Of a stretch of DNA of 64,000 nucleotides, positions 19,639-30,716 are shown one piece after another (within the stretch, counting starts at the first letter, position 1; the number at the start of each line of letters is the position of its first letter). The translations under genes were made by a program, and so were the position numbers. The notes below the pieces were generated by a model. That model saw only the letters and a list, made by a program, of their open reading frames with translations. It did no database searches and was not told the DNA's origin. The DNA is from Candidatus Latescibacterota bacterium. Its GTDB lineage: Bacteria > Latescibacterota > UBA2968 > SICM01. The stretch covers positions 1,248,001 to 1,312,000 of the forward strand of contig CBDCJO010000002.1 in assembly GCA_965217865.1 (NCBI GenBank), written 5' to 3'.

Positions 19639-20337
19639 GTGATGGCCATCGAGCAACCCATCGCCAAATCCGGCACCGTTGAGATTGCCAAGCAGATCAA
19701 TCTGTCTTGGAGCAAGGCGGTGGAGATCAGCATCAACAGCGTTCGAATTCGGTTCGGTCGGTCTATGATCACCTCAAGCGGCATCATCCTGGCCATCGCA
19801 TTCTTGATGTCGATCTGGACAACCAACGCCATTATCTCAGAGCTCAAGAAGGCCAACGACCCCATCATCAACCTCCAGCTCCAACAAAAGGGCGTCGATA
19901 TCGAGGGGGGCAGCGAATCGGCGATCCAGGAAAGATCGAAGAACACCTGGTTGGTGGTCCTATCCCTCCTGGTCTGCCTGGTGGGAATTACCAACGCGAT
20001 GCTCATGTCCGTCACTGAACGGTTTCGTGAGATTGGGACAATGAAATGTTTGGGGGCACTCGATTCGTTCATCATCAAACTTTTTCTCCTTGAATCCGCT
20101 TTCCAGGGAAGTGCAGGTACGATCATCGGCGTGGGTGTCGGGCTTCTCCTGACCCTTCTGCTGAACCTGGTGAGCTATGGAAGCTTGATCTTCGGATATC
20201 TTCCGGGAATTGAAATTCTGAAAAGCGGGATCTTAGCCATTGCCATCGGTTCCTTTCTTTCGCTGGCCGGAGGCATCCTGCCCGCCTACAGGGCGGCCAA
20301 GATGGAACCTGTCGATGCCATGCGGTTGGAAGTCTAG
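19639..20337 (+). CDS. FtsX/MacB-like ABC permease (short)
   Basis: GITNAMLMSVTERFREIGTMKCLGA, PAYRAAKMEPVDAMR. Confidence 0.88.
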   Translation: MMAIEQPIAKSGTVEIAKQINLSWSKAVEISINSVRIRFGRSMITSSGIILAIAFLMSIWTTNAIISELKKANDPIINLQLQQKGVDIEGGSESAIQERSKNTWLVVLSLLVCLVGITNAMLMSVTERFREIGTMKCLGALDSFIIKLFLLESAFQGSAGTIIGVGVGLLLTLLLNLVSYGSLIFGYLPGIEILKSGILAIAIGSFLSLAGGILPAYRAAKMEPVDAMRLEV

Positions 20338-20376
20338 ACCCGGGAATCGCATTCCAACAAGAAAGCAGGTTAGTCC

Positions 20377-21105
20377 ATGGCAATTGTGCGGACGCAGGAA
20401 GTAAAAAAGGTTTATAAAATGGGGGAAACCGATCTGGAGGCCCTTAAGGGAGTCGACATCGAGATCGAGACGGGGGAGTATATTTCGATCATGGGCCCAT
20501 CCGGATCAGGAAAAACCACCCTCTTCAACATGGTCGGAGGCTTGGATAAGCCGACCGACGGAAAGGTCTACATCGACGATGTGGACGTTGCGCAACTGGA
20601 TGCCTATGAATTGGCTTGGCTCCGCTGCCGGAAGATCGGATATATCTTTCAATCATTTAACCTCATCCCGGTGATGACCGCCCTCGAGAACGTCACCCTC
20701 CCGATGGTGTTCGCCGGACTCACATCCGACGACGCCCGGGACAAAGGCGTCCGTTTGCTGAACAGGGTCGGGCTTGGTGAGAGGGTCACTCACAAACCTT
20801 ATGAACTGTCCGGGGGCCAACAACAACGCGTGGCCGTCGCACGAGCCATGGCCAACGATCCCGCGATTGTCCTGGCGGATGAACCGACTGGGAACCTTGA
20901 TCTAAAGACCGGGACGGAGATCATAAATCTGCTCCGCGAGATGAACAAAGAGTCGGGCGTCACCGTCGTCACAGCCACTCACGACCACAAGATGCTCGAC
21001 GTTTCCGACAGGGTCGTCTGGATCTCCGACGGCCTAATTGAAAAAATCATGAATCGTGAGGACCTGAAGATCGAAGTGGGAACGATCGACGGACAGACCC
21101 AGTAA
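20377..21105 (+). CDS. ABC transporter ATP-binding protein (LolD/MacB-like)
   Basis: [28 protein letters not shown]. Confidence 0.93.
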   Translation: MAIVRTQEVKKVYKMGETDLEALKGVDIEIETGEYISIMGPSGSGKTTLFNMVGGLDKPTDGKVYIDDVDVAQLDAYELAWLRCRKIGYIFQSFNLIPVMTALENVTLPMVFAGLTSDDARDKGVRLLNRVGLGERVTHKPYELSGGQQQRVAVARAMANDPAIVLADEPTGNLDLKTGTEIINLLREMNKESGVTVVTATHDHKMLDVSDRVVWISDGLIEKIMNREDLKIEVGTIDGQTQ

Positions 21106-21144
21106 ATCGATCTGTTTCCGTCAGCTATTTGGGCATTATTGCCC

Positions 21145-21173
21145 TTGACTTCCTCCCTTAAATCTATTATCTT
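21145..21173 (+). promoter_or_regulatory. sigma70 promoter of the aromatic-operon leader
   Basis: TTGACT(21145-50)-17 nt-TATCTT(21168-73). Confidence 0.7.
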
Positions 21174-21202
21174 GTGAGCTAATCTTTCAAAGGAATTCGA
21201 AA

Positions 21203-21289
21203 ATGGTTCAAAAAGGGGCGATCTTTTTCGATTATTTCCGCGCTTATTGGTGGGAGCGTGCACTTGAGGAGGACTGCCCATTGCACTGA
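21203..21289 (+). CDS. Attenuator leader peptide rich in Phe, Tyr and Trp
   Basis: MVQKGAIFFDYFRAYWWERALEEDCPLH*; AAGGA RBS; tandem Trp codons; lies between a promoter and a terminator upstream of trpE. Confidence 0.85.
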   Translation: MVQKGAIFFDYFRAYWWERALEEDCPLH

Positions 21290-21324
21290 CTGTCTTTGAC
21301 CTGAACGATAGGATACAAAAAGAA

Positions 21325-21363
21325 GCCGTGGGCACCTTTAACCGCCCACGGCCTTTTTTTATT
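21325..21363 (+). terminator. Attenuator terminator upstream of trpE
   Basis: GCCGTGGGC-10 nt loop-GCCCACGGC followed by CTTTTTTTATT. Confidence 0.88.
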
Positions 21364-21420
21364 CGAAGGTCCCGCTCGCGGGGCAGAAGGGAAAGCGATT
21401 TTCCCCTCGCTCCCCGCACC

Positions 21421-21451
21421 TTGACTTTTAGGTGGATGTGTAGTATATAAT
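21421..21451 (+). promoter_or_regulatory. Second sigma70-like promoter, downstream of the attenuator
   Basis: TTGACT at 21421 with TATATAAT at 21444-21451 (17-19 nt spacer). Confidence 0.5.
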
Positions 21452-21583
21452 CAGGTTAAGCCGAGGCATTTCTACGGATCCGGCAATCGTCGGTTTGATT
21501 CTCACGCTCCCTCGATTTTAGCGGAATCCGCCCAGGATCCGAATATTCCAAGAGAAGGTTTTCTATTCCGATCAGGAGCCGGT

Positions 21584-23068
21584 TTGATCCGACCAACGCT
21601 CGAAGAAATAGAGGGGATGTCCAAAGAGGGAAATACAGTCCCGGTGTACAGGGAACTGCTTGGAGATACCGAGACCCCCGTATCCGCATACTTGAAGATT
21701 CGGGCCCGAGACCCATACTCCTTCCTGTTCGAAAGCGTGGAAGGTGGGGAAAAGATCGCCCGATATTCCTTCCTCGGCATCGCACCCTTTATGATCTTCC
21801 GGAGCCGGGGCCATCGTATCACGGTTGAAGATCGCGTGCGGAAGGATACCAGGTCTTTTGACGGGGACCCGATCGCAGAACTTCGAACGCAGATACGCCG
21901 CTTCCGTTCCGTCCACCTCAAGGGGTTGCCGCGGTTTACCGGGGGGGCGGTGGGATATGTCTCTTACGACGCCATCCGCCTGAGCGAAGACATCCCCGAT
22001 TCGACTTTGGACGATCTGAACCTAGACGAAATCTTCTTTCTCTTTTTCGACACACTGATGGCCTTCGATAACCTCAAGCACAGAATTCTGCTGATTTCCA
22101 ACGTGTTAATAGATGCTGAAGAGGGAAGCCTGGCCGAACGATATGATAAAGCCCTGGAACGGATCGAATCCTTGGAAGAGGCGCTTGGGGGACCCACCCA
22201 AGTCTCCACCAGGAACGGCTCTGGCGGATGCAGGCTCTCATCGAACATGGCAAAGGAAGACTACCTCGAAAAGGTGCGGATTTGCAAGGAATACATCCTG
22301 GCAGGAGACATCTTTCAGGTGGTGTTATCCCAGCGGTTCCGGACCCAATTGACCGTCGACCCGTTCGAAATCTACAGGATGCTCCGGATCGTCAATCCCT
22401 CCCCTTACATGTTCAATGTGTCTTTTGACGGGCTTCACCTGGTGGGGGCATCGCCGGAGCTCCTGGTCCGTGTTGAAGATGACTTGGTCCAGGTGCGGCC
22501 CATCGCCGGAACACGATGGCGGGGTGAAACCGACGAAGAGGACAACGCCCTGGAGCTTGAGCTCCTGTCGGACCCCAAAGACCGCGCCGAACATATCATG
22601 CTCGTGGACCTGGGGCGAAACGATGTGGGAAGAGTGGCCTGTTTTGACACCGTTCGTGTGACCGAACAGATGATCGTCGAGCGTTACTCCCACGTCATGC
22701 ACATCGTCTCAAACGTGATCGGTCGACTAAGACCTGATGTGGATCCCCTGGACGCCCTCTTCGCCTGTTACCCGGCGGGTACAGTCTCGGGCGCTCCAAA
22801 AATTCGAGCGATGGAGATCCTCGACGAACTCGAACCGACCCGGCGGGGGATCTATGCCGGCGCAGTTGGCTACCTGGACTTTAACGGAAACCTCGACACC
22901 TGCATTGCCATCCGGACCATTGTCATCAAAGACGGAGTGGCCTATATCCAGGCTGGCGGCGGCCTTGTCGCCGACTCCGTCCCTGAGGAAGAATACCAGG
23001 AGACCGTTAACAAATCCAAGGCCATGATCCGGGCAATCGAAATGGCTCAGAAGGGTGAATTGATGTAA
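21584..23068 (+). CDS. trpE: Anthranilate synthase component I
   Basis: [50 protein letters not shown]. Confidence 0.96.
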   Translation: MIRPTLEEIEGMSKEGNTVPVYRELLGDTETPVSAYLKIRARDPYSFLFESVEGGEKIARYSFLGIAPFMIFRSRGHRITVEDRVRKDTRSFDGDPIAELRTQIRRFRSVHLKGLPRFTGGAVGYVSYDAIRLSEDIPDSTLDDLNLDEIFFLFFDTLMAFDNLKHRILLISNVLIDAEEGSLAERYDKALERIESLEEALGGPTQVSTRNGSGGCRLSSNMAKEDYLEKVRICKEYILAGDIFQVVLSQRFRTQLTVDPFEIYRMLRIVNPSPYMFNVSFDGLHLVGASPELLVRVEDDLVQVRPIAGTRWRGETDEEDNALELELLSDPKDRAEHIMLVDLGRNDVGRVACFDTVRVTEQMIVERYSHVMHIVSNVIGRLRPDVDPLDALFACYPAGTVSGAPKIRAMEILDELEPTRRGIYAGAVGYLDFNGNLDTCIAIRTIVIKDGVAYIQAGGGLVADSVPEEEYQETVNKSKAMIRAIEMAQKGELM

Positions 23069-23631
23069 TGGTCCTCGTGATCGACAACTATGATTCTTTC
23101 ACCTACAATCTTGTCCAGTACCTCGGAGAGTTGGGTGCGAAAATGCAGGTCTTCCGGAACGATAAGATCACCCTCGACCAGATTGAAGAGATGGCCCCTC
23201 GGAAAATCCTCATGTCACCCGGTCCTGGTACTCCCGACAATGCTGGCATATGCCTGAGCCTGGTGAGGCAATTCTCAGGGGTGATCCCTATGCTCGGCGT
23301 TTGCCTGGGACACCAGGCCATCGGCCAGGCCTTCGGGGGAGAGATCATTCGCGCCCCTTATCTGATGCACGGAAAAGTGTCCCAGATTCATCACGATGGC
23401 CGCACCCTGTTTCAAAGTTTGGAGAATCCTTTCACGGCCACGCGCTATCACTCTCTGATCGTGAAACGAGAGAACCTTCCGGATTGTCTGGAGATCTCCG
23501 CGGAAACGGAAGACGGGCTGATCATGGGTTTCAGACACCGTACCCATCCGGTGGAAGGTGTACAATTCCATCCCGAATCGATCCTGACCCCCTCGGGGAA
23601 AAAATTCCTCAAGTCCTTCCTGGATTCTTGA
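23068..23631 (+). CDS. trpG: Anthranilate synthase component II (glutamine amidotransferase)
   Basis: [29 protein letters not shown]. Confidence 0.95.
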   Translation: MVLVIDNYDSFTYNLVQYLGELGAKMQVFRNDKITLDQIEEMAPRKILMSPGPGTPDNAGICLSLVRQFSGVIPMLGVCLGHQAIGQAFGGEIIRAPYLMHGKVSQIHHDGRTLFQSLENPFTATRYHSLIVKRENLPDCLEISAETEDGLIMGFRHRTHPVEGVQFHPESILTPSGKKFLKSFLDS

Positions 23632-23662
23632 TGCCTTAATCGATAAAGATGTGAGGAAGCTT

Positions 23663-24676
23663 ATGATTCGTGAAGCCATTTCCAAACTGATAGATGGACG
23701 GCACCTCACGCAGGTCGAAGCCGCCGGGGTGATGGAAGGAATTATGTCCGGGGAGTCCACTCCCGCTCAGATCGGAGCCTTTCTCATCGCACTCCGAATT
23801 AAGGGGGAGACGGTTGATGAGATCGCGGGGTGCGCAGAAGCCATGCGGGGGAAGGCCACGCGGATTACAACCCGTCACCCCTCTGTTGTCGATACGTGTG
23901 GAACAGGCGGCGATAATTCATCCACCTTCAACATTTCCACCGCGGCCGCTTTCGTCCTGGCTGGGGCTGGCCTCTGCGTGGCCAAGCACGGAAACAGAGC
24001 GATGTCCAGCCGATGTGGGAGCGCTGATGTGCTGAAGGCACTGGGTATCAACCTGGACCTTACCCCAGAGCAGGTTGGACGCTGCCTGGACGAAGTGGGA
24101 ATCGGGTTTCTCTTCGCGCCCATGCTCCACACGGCGATGAAACACGCCGTCGGACCTAGGCGGGAAATCGGGACCCGGACGGTGTTCAACGTCCTCGGCC
24201 CCCTGACGAATCCTGCCGGAGCCCGCAGGCAACTGATCGGGGTTTACAGTCCGACCCTGACGGACATATTGGCAGAGGTTCTCCTCCGGCTCGGTTCCGA
24301 GAGGGCGTTCGTGGTACACGGGTCGGATGGATTGGATGAGATCACAACGACGGGGGAAACCAAAGTCAGCGAGTTGCGGGACGGTACGGTCCAAACCTAC
24401 CCCATCCAGCCGGAAGACTTCGGATTGAAAAGGGCGTCCCTTCAGGACCTCAAAGGGGCCGATGAGGAGACGAATGCTAAGATCCTCACAGATGTGTTGA
24501 AGGGTGCAGAGGGCCCCAAACGAGACGCCGTGCTCCTCAATGCCGCTGCCGGCATCACCGCCGGAGGGAGTGCGCCTGATATCGGCGAGGGCATCTCCAT
24601 CGCACGGGATTCGATCGATTCAGGACGAGCCATGAAAAAACTGGAGGGGTTGCGGAAAATGAGCAACGCCGGGTAA
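23663..24676 (+). CDS. trpD: Anthranilate phosphoribosyltransferase
   Basis: DTCGTGGD, NIST, KHGNRAMSSRCGSADVL, GLDE. Confidence 0.96.
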   Translation: MIREAISKLIDGRHLTQVEAAGVMEGIMSGESTPAQIGAFLIALRIKGETVDEIAGCAEAMRGKATRITTRHPSVVDTCGTGGDNSSTFNISTAAAFVLAGAGLCVAKHGNRAMSSRCGSADVLKALGINLDLTPEQVGRCLDEVGIGFLFAPMLHTAMKHAVGPRREIGTRTVFNVLGPLTNPAGARRQLIGVYSPTLTDILAEVLLRLGSERAFVVHGSDGLDEITTTGETKVSELRDGTVQTYPIQPEDFGLKRASLQDLKGADEETNAKILTDVLKGAEGPKRDAVLLNAAAGITAGGSAPDIGEGISIARDSIDSGRAMKKLEGLRKMSNAG

Positions 24677-24704
24677 ATCCGTCGACCAGCAGGTAAGCGC
24701 GTTT

Positions 24705-25496
24705 ATGTCTACGATCCTCGACGATATTGTCGCCTATAAGAGGGAGTTCATCGACGAATGCAAACGACGGATTCCCCTTGAAAGCCTGAATGCGCCCGCT
24801 GCGGGGGAATCCGCTGAGACCGACTTCAAAACCGCGCTTCAGAAGTCTAATGGCATCGGCGTTATCGCTGAGATCAAGAAGGCGTCCCCTTCAAAAGGGA
24901 TCATCAGGGAGGATCTCGAACCCGTTGAGATCGCCGGGATCTACGAGACAAATGGGGCGAGGGCCATCTCTGTCCTCACGGACGAGCGGTACTTCCAGGG
25001 AAGCGCGTGCACCTTGACTCAGGTCCGTCAGGTCACCGAACTCCCGATCCTCAGGAAGGACTTCATTATCGATCCCTACCAGATCTATGAAGCCCGGGCG
25101 ATCGGCGCAAACGCCGTCCTGCTCATCGTTCGCATCCTCTCGACCCAACAACTGAGGGACTATCTCGATCTTTCCCACGGCTTGAGCCTGGACGCCCTCG
25201 TGGAAGTCCATACTCAGGAGGAAATTGAGATCGCGCTTTCCGTGAACGCGCCGATCATCGGAATCAACAACCGGGATCTCCGTACCTTTCAGACGGACCT
25301 GAACGTGACCGAAAAGCTGATCGGGGGGTTGAAAGAGGATACGATCGCCGTCAGTGAGAGCGGTATCTACACCCGGAGAGACGTAGAGCGATTGCAAGAG
25401 GCCGGGGCGAACGCAGTCCTTGTGGGAGAAGGCCTGATGCGAGAACCGGACATCGGGAAAAAATTGCGAGAGTTGTTGGGACATGGTAAGGGTTAA
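24705..25496 (+). CDS. trpC: Indole-3-glycerol-phosphate synthase
   Basis: IAEIKKASPSKG, LRKDFI, GINNRDL, SESGI. Confidence 0.96.
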   Translation: MSTILDDIVAYKREFIDECKRRIPLESLNAPAAGESAETDFKTALQKSNGIGVIAEIKKASPSKGIIREDLEPVEIAGIYETNGARAISVLTDERYFQGSACTLTQVRQVTELPILRKDFIIDPYQIYEARAIGANAVLLIVRILSTQQLRDYLDLSHGLSLDALVEVHTQEEIEIALSVNAPIIGINNRDLRTFQTDLNVTEKLIGGLKEDTIAVSESGIYTRRDVERLQEAGANAVLVGEGLMREPDIGKKLRELLGHGKG

Positions 25497-26145
25497 AATC
25501 TGCCGGACAACAACGCTGGAGGATGCCGAGTTTGCCGTTGAGAACGGGGCGGATGCCCTGGGCTTCATTTTTTATCCCATGGCCGCGTCCTACATCCAAC
25601 CGGAAAAGGCCGCAGCAATCGTTGAGAAACTCCCCCCTTTTGTCACATCCGTAGGGGTTTTCGTGGACGAACCACCTGATCGGGTTGCCGGGATCGCGGG
25701 TACGGTCGGGCTGCGCACGGTGCAGCTCCACGGGGAGGAAACCCCCGAGTACTGTCGGGCGCTCCAGGGCGTTCAAATAATCAAGGCATTCCGGGTGGTG
25801 GATGGGTTCGATACCGAACGGCTGGCCGACTATAAGGTGGACGCCTTCCTGTTGGATTCCTATGATCCGAAGCTAAAAGGCGGGACAGGACGCACCTTCA
25901 ATTGGGACGTTGCCGTGCACGCGAAGCGTTTCGGACGGGTCATCCTTTCAGGAGGACTGACGCCGGAAAACGTAGGGGAGGCAGTCGCACAGGTCAACCC
26001 CTACGGGGTGGACGTGGGGAGCGGGGTTGAGGCCGAACCCGGAAAAAAGGACAGGGACAAACTCCTTGCTTTCCTCTGGGCGGCAAGATCATCGGACCTC
26101 CAAGAACATTCCTTACGGGAGTCTCACCAGGATGGAAGCAGTTAA
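25483..26145 (+). CDS. trpF: Phosphoribosylanthranilate isomerase
   Basis: [39 protein letters not shown]. Confidence 0.93.
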   Translation: MVRVKICRTTTLEDAEFAVENGADALGFIFYPMAASYIQPEKAAAIVEKLPPFVTSVGVFVDEPPDRVAGIAGTVGLRTVQLHGEETPEYCRALQGVQIIKAFRVVDGFDTERLADYKVDAFLLDSYDPKLKGGTGRTFNWDVAVHAKRFGRVILSGGLTPENVGEAVAQVNPYGVDVGSGVEAEPGKKDRDKLLAFLWAARSSDLQEHSLRESHQDGSS

Positions 26146-27352
26146 TACGGAAGTGGCCTTCCACAACCTCCCCGACGAAACCGGACACTTCGGTGTCTAT
26201 GGCGGGCAGTTTGTGCCGGAGATCTTGATGGCTCTCCTGGAAGACCTGGAATCGGCCTACCGTCAGGCAAAGGACGATCCCTCGTTTCAAGAAGAACTCC
26301 GGCGCTATCTGAGGGAGTTCGTTGGAAGGCCCACGCCGCTTTACTTCGCACAACGGCTTACCGAGAAACTCGGAGGGGCCAAGATCTATTTGAAACGAGA
26401 GGACCTCTGCCATACCGGCGCGCACAAGATCAATAATACCATGGGTCAGATTCTCCTGGCCAGACGCATGGGCAAGAAGCGCATCATCGCGGAGACGGGA
26501 GCCGGGCAACACGGTGTCGCGACGGCCACGGTGGCGGCGATGTTCGGCCTGGAATGTGAGATCTTCATGGGTGTCGAAGATATGGAACGCCAGGGCTTAA
26601 ATGTATTCAGGATGCGCCTGCTCGGCTCCAGGGTAACAGCGGTAAAGTCAGGAAGCTGCACCCTCAAAGATGCGATCAACGAAGCGATTCGTGACTGGGT
26701 GACTAACGTTGAGTCCACCTTCTACATCTTCGGCTCGGTCCTGGGCCCTCACCCGTATCCGATGATGGTTCGGGACTTTCAGCGGGTCATCGGGACGGAG
26801 GTGCGGGACCAAATTCTCACCCTGGAAGGACGGCTGCCGGACGTGCTGGTGGCCTGCGTGGGGGGTGGGAGCAATGCGATGGGCCTGTTTCACGATTTTC
26901 TGAACGAAAAGGACGTCGCCATGGTCGGGGTGGAGGCCGGGGGATATGGCATCGCTTCAGGTAAGCACGCCGCGCGATTCCAGAACGGTCGGCTCGGGGT
27001 CCTGCACGGTGCTAAAATCTACCTCCTCCAGGATGATGACGGGCAGATCGGAATCACCCACTCCGTTTCCGCAGGGTTAGACTATTCGGGGGTAGGCCCC
27101 GAACACTGCCTTATGAAGGACAAGGGACGTATCGAATACACCTTCGCCACCGATGAAGAGGCGCTCGATGGATTCCGCTTGCTCAGCCAGACGGAGGGAA
27201 TCATCCCCGCCCTGGAGAGTGCTCACGCCATCGCGCACCTCCTCAAACTCGTCCCGAAAATGAGGTCCGATCAGATCGTTGTCGTCAATCTTTCCGGACG
27301 CGGCGACAAAGATGTACAGAGTGCGACAAAATTCATTAAGGATCTAGATTGA
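26132..27352 (+). CDS. trpB: Tryptophan synthase beta chain
   Basis: [40 protein letters not shown]; ATG 26132. Confidence 0.97.
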   Translation: MEAVNTEVAFHNLPDETGHFGVYGGQFVPEILMALLEDLESAYRQAKDDPSFQEELRRYLREFVGRPTPLYFAQRLTEKLGGAKIYLKREDLCHTGAHKINNTMGQILLARRMGKKRIIAETGAGQHGVATATVAAMFGLECEIFMGVEDMERQGLNVFRMRLLGSRVTAVKSGSCTLKDAINEAIRDWVTNVESTFYIFGSVLGPHPYPMMVRDFQRVIGTEVRDQILTLEGRLPDVLVACVGGGSNAMGLFHDFLNEKDVAMVGVEAGGYGIASGKHAARFQNGRLGVLHGAKIYLLQDDDGQIGITHSVSAGLDYSGVGPEHCLMKDKGRIEYTFATDEEALDGFRLLSQTEGIIPALESAHAIAHLLKLVPKMRSDQIVVVNLSGRGDKDVQSATKFIKDLD

Positions 27353-28152
27353 GCCGCATATCGGGCAAGTTCAAAGAATTAAAGCGGAACAACCGAAAAG
27401 GGTTCATTGCCTACCTCACCGCCGGTGACCCGGATCTGGACAGTACCCGACGATTGATTTTGGAGTTTGACCGTCGGGGCGTGGACGTGGTAGAGCTTGG
27501 AATCCCATTCTCGGACCCCCTGGCGGACGGGCCCGTCATCCAGGAGGCCTCCCAGAGGGCGCTCGAAAAAGGGATTTCGATGGGCCAGATCCTGGATGCC
27601 GTCGCGGATCTGAGGCGGAAGACAGAGATCCCCATCGTCCTGTTCACCTACTTTAATCCGGTACACAATTACGGACTGGATCGTTTCGGGCACGATGTCC
27701 AGGCGGTCGGCGTAGATGGGGTCCTCGTTTTGGACCTTCCCCCGGAGGAAGGAAAAGACTATAAGCGGGTGATGGACGACCGGACGGTGGATACCGTTTT
27801 TCTCCTAACCCCCACCAGCAGAGAGGATCGCATTCGTCTGATCTCGGAGTGGTCCAGGGGTTTCATCTATTATGTATCTCGCACGGGCGTTACCGGGGAG
27901 CGGGAGAATTTGGAGGGGACCATCGGCTCCAAAGTTAAGAAAATTCGGGCTTATACTTCCAAACCCATCGCGGTTGGATTCGGAATCTCAAAACCTTCGC
28001 AATCGGAGGAAGTTGGACGTCACGCCGACGCCGTAGTCGTCGGCAGCGCCATCGTTAGACAGATCGGCGAGCTTGCAAATCAACCGGACATGGTGGACCG
28101 AGTTGGCGGGTTTGTGGGGACCCTCATCGAACCTCTCAAGGGAGGGGCATAG
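27349..28152 (+). CDS. trpA: Tryptophan synthase alpha chain
   Basis: [33 protein letters not shown]. Confidence 0.97.
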   Translation: MSRISGKFKELKRNNRKGFIAYLTAGDPDLDSTRRLILEFDRRGVDVVELGIPFSDPLADGPVIQEASQRALEKGISMGQILDAVADLRRKTEIPIVLFTYFNPVHNYGLDRFGHDVQAVGVDGVLVLDLPPEEGKDYKRVMDDRTVDTVFLLTPTSREDRIRLISEWSRGFIYYVSRTGVTGERENLEGTIGSKVKKIRAYTSKPIAVGFGISKPSQSEEVGRHADAVVVGSAIVRQIGELANQPDMVDRVGGFVGTLIEPLKGGA

Positions 28153-28440
28153 ATGGACATCGAAGACTGGCGCAAACAGATCGATGAGATCGATTCTTCC
28201 ATCGTTGAGATCCTCAACCGAAGGATGGCCTGTTCATTGAAAATCGGCGGGATCAAGAAAACTTCTGGAAAACCGGTTTACGCACCCCAACGGGAAATGG
28301 CCATCCTGGATCGCATCCAGAGTCTCAATGGAGGCCCCCTGGGCGGAGAGGCCCTCAAGCGTATCTTCCAACTTATTATCGAGGAGTCCCGGAGGCTTGA
28401 ACAGGAACATTCGGACGAAAATCATCCATCAGAGACATGA
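28153..28440 (+). CDS. Monofunctional chorismate mutase (AroQ/CM_2 type)
   Basis: WRKQIDEIDSSIVEILNRR...K.....VYAPQRE. Confidence 0.9.
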   Translation: MDIEDWRKQIDEIDSSIVEILNRRMACSLKIGGIKKTSGKPVYAPQREMAILDRIQSLNGGPLGGEALKRIFQLIIEESRRLEQEHSDENHPSET

Positions 28441-28513
28441 GATCGGCGTTGCCAAGCTCGATGTCGATCCGACTCCTTGAGAAGATCCACCTCGGAGGTA
28501 AAGGAGCGGGTTC

Positions 28514-29527
28514 ATGGTAATCGTCATGGAGATTCAGGCAACCGAGGAGCAGATCCAAACAGTTGCCGACAGGCTCAAGGTTATGGGTTTCAGCACGCAC
28601 AGGTCGACCGGGGTCACCCGCACCGTGATCGGGGCCATTGGGGACAAAAGCGGTTTCGACGAGAGGGAAATCCAGATGCTGGATGGTGTGCACGAGGTGG
28701 TGCGGATCAGCGAGCCATACAAACTGGCCAGCAGGACATTTCGTTCGGAAAACACCGTCATCAATTTGAATGGAGTGGAGATCGGCGGAGAAAAAGTGGT
28801 TGTCATGGCAGGTCCCTGTTCTGTGGAGAGTCGGGATCAGATCATGACGATCGCCGAACACGTCAGCAAAGCCGGGGCTAAAATCCTTCGGGGGGGGGCA
28901 TTCAAACCCCGAAGTTCACCCTACAGCTTCCAGGGTTTGGGAGAAGAGGGCCTCAAGTTGCTTCGCGAAGCCGCAGACCGCTTTGGGATGCTTGTCGTCA
29001 CGGAAGTCATGGACCGGAGTCAAATCCCTCTTGTGGACAAATATGCGGACATTTTCCAGACCGGGGCCAGGAACATGCAGAACTTCAACCTGCTTAGGGG
29101 CCTCGGCCAAATCAAAAAGCCGGTCTTCCTGAAACGGGGATTGGCCGCCACCATCGAGGAATGGCTTATGTCGGCGGAGTACGTGATGTCGGAGGGTAAT
29201 CACGAGCTGATGCTCTGCGAGCGGGGCATCCGCACTTTCGAAACATACACCCGAAATACCCTGGATATCAGTGCGATCCCTGTGGTTCACAAACTATCGC
29301 ACCTGCCCGTGATCGCTGACCCGAGTCACGGAACCGGCATCCGGGACAAGGTTCTCCCGATGGCGAGAGCAGCCGTGGCCGCGGGATCGGACGGATTGAT
29401 GATCGAAGTCCATAACGATCCCACCCAAGCCCTTTCAGACGGCGCGCAGTCCTTGTGGCCTGACCAGTTCGACGAACTGATGAAGGAACTCCGGATCATC
29501 GTACCGGCCCTGAATAAGACGATATAA
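28514..29527 (+). CDS. aroF: DAHP synthase type I-beta with N-terminal regulatory domain
   Basis: AGPCSVES, RGGAFKPRSSPYSFQG, GARNMQNF, CERGIRTFE, DPSH. Confidence 0.94.
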   Translation: MVIVMEIQATEEQIQTVADRLKVMGFSTHRSTGVTRTVIGAIGDKSGFDEREIQMLDGVHEVVRISEPYKLASRTFRSENTVINLNGVEIGGEKVVVMAGPCSVESRDQIMTIAEHVSKAGAKILRGGAFKPRSSPYSFQGLGEEGLKLLREAADRFGMLVVTEVMDRSQIPLVDKYADIFQTGARNMQNFNLLRGLGQIKKPVFLKRGLAATIEEWLMSAEYVMSEGNHELMLCERGIRTFETYTRNTLDISAIPVVHKLSHLPVIADPSHGTGIRDKVLPMARAAVAAGSDGLMIEVHNDPTQALSDGAQSLWPDQFDELMKELRIIVPALNKTI

Positions 29528-29567
29528 ACCTTTTTTCGTTTAAGTCTCACGTTGACGTATTCCTGCT

Positions 29568-30674
29568 ATGGCCGAAGGACCTTTTTTCAATCGTGTCGCC
29601 GTCGTGGGGGTAGGACTGATTGGCGGGTCCATCGGCCTGGCCTGCAAACGGGTCCTCGCATGCCGGGAAATCGTGGGGGTCAGCCGTCCCCAAACCTTGA
29701 AAGAGGCCCTTCAAGTCGGGGCGATTGATCGCGGGGTCGATTACGATGAGATGGCCGATGGGATTGGGGAAGCCGATGTTGTCTTCCTGTGCACACCGAT
29801 CTCTCGAATCCTGAGTTTGATCGAAGAGGTGATCCTCAAGGTCAAACCCGGAGCTTTGGTAACGGATGTTGGGAGCACAAAGGCGCAAATCGTATCGAAG
29901 GCCAGGTCCGTCGCCCGGTCCGAAGTTCATTTCATCGGGGGGCACCCCATGGCCGGATCGGAACGGAGCCGGGTGTCCGCAGCAGATCCGTTCATGTTTC
30001 AGAACGCGATCTATGTATTAACCCCTGCTCCGGGTGTGCCAGATGATGTGCAGGAGAAATTTACCGCATTTATCCGGCGCATCGGGGCCCAACCAATTTT
30101 GATCGATCCAGATGCCCACGACCATGCTGCAGCCCTCATCAGCCATCTTCCTCAGATGATCGCCACATCGCTTGTCGGAATGGTCGGAAAATTGGACAAA
30201 GGGGATGGGCTCCTCCTCCGATTGGCGGCCGGAGGCTTCCGAGACATGACCCGGGTCGCCTCTAGCCCTTTCGAAATGTGGAGAGACATCTGCAGCACCA
30301 ACGGTGAGGTCATCCAGGAGATGATCGACCGTTATATTTCGAGTTTGAAAACCCTGAGGAATCGGATCGGCGACGATTCTCTTGCCGAGAATTTCGGATA
30401 TGCGAATCGGATACGAGGGAGCATCCCGAAGGACTCCAAGGGTTTTCTCCACACCCTTCACGAGATCCTGATCGTCGTGGAGGATAAACCTGGGGTAATC
30501 TCCGATATCACAGGGACCCTGTCGGACGAGATGATCAACATCAACGATATTGAGGTTCTCAAGGTGCGGGAGGGTGAAGGTGGGACCCTCCGGTTGGGAT
30601 TCGATTCCATACAGGCGGCGAATCGATCCGTGGAAATCCTTTCCCGGAAGGGATATCAAGTGAGACCCAGGTGA
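29568..30674 (+). CDS. tyrA: Prephenate/arogenate dehydrogenase with C-terminal ACT domain
   Basis: GVGLIGGS, DVGSTK, GGHPMAGSE, SHLPQ, GFRDMTRVA, ACT motif EDKPGVI. Confidence 0.93.
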   Translation: MAEGPFFNRVAVVGVGLIGGSIGLACKRVLACREIVGVSRPQTLKEALQVGAIDRGVDYDEMADGIGEADVVFLCTPISRILSLIEEVILKVKPGALVTDVGSTKAQIVSKARSVARSEVHFIGGHPMAGSERSRVSAADPFMFQNAIYVLTPAPGVPDDVQEKFTAFIRRIGAQPILIDPDAHDHAAALISHLPQMIATSLVGMVGKLDKGDGLLLRLAAGGFRDMTRVASSPFEMWRDICSTNGEVIQEMIDRYISSLKTLRNRIGDDSLAENFGYANRIRGSIPKDSKGFLHTLHEILIVVEDKPGVISDITGTLSDEMININDIEVLKVREGEGGTLRLGFDSIQAANRSVEILSRKGYQVRPR

Positions 30675-30716
30675 TGGGTGCGGGATAATTAACCCCTGTT
30701 GGTAGCAAGATCCCAT

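Noticed and set aside
25483-25520. TrpF begins KICRTT rather than KICGIT
   Set aside because: The catalytic Cys and other motifs are intact; not enough to call inactivation.
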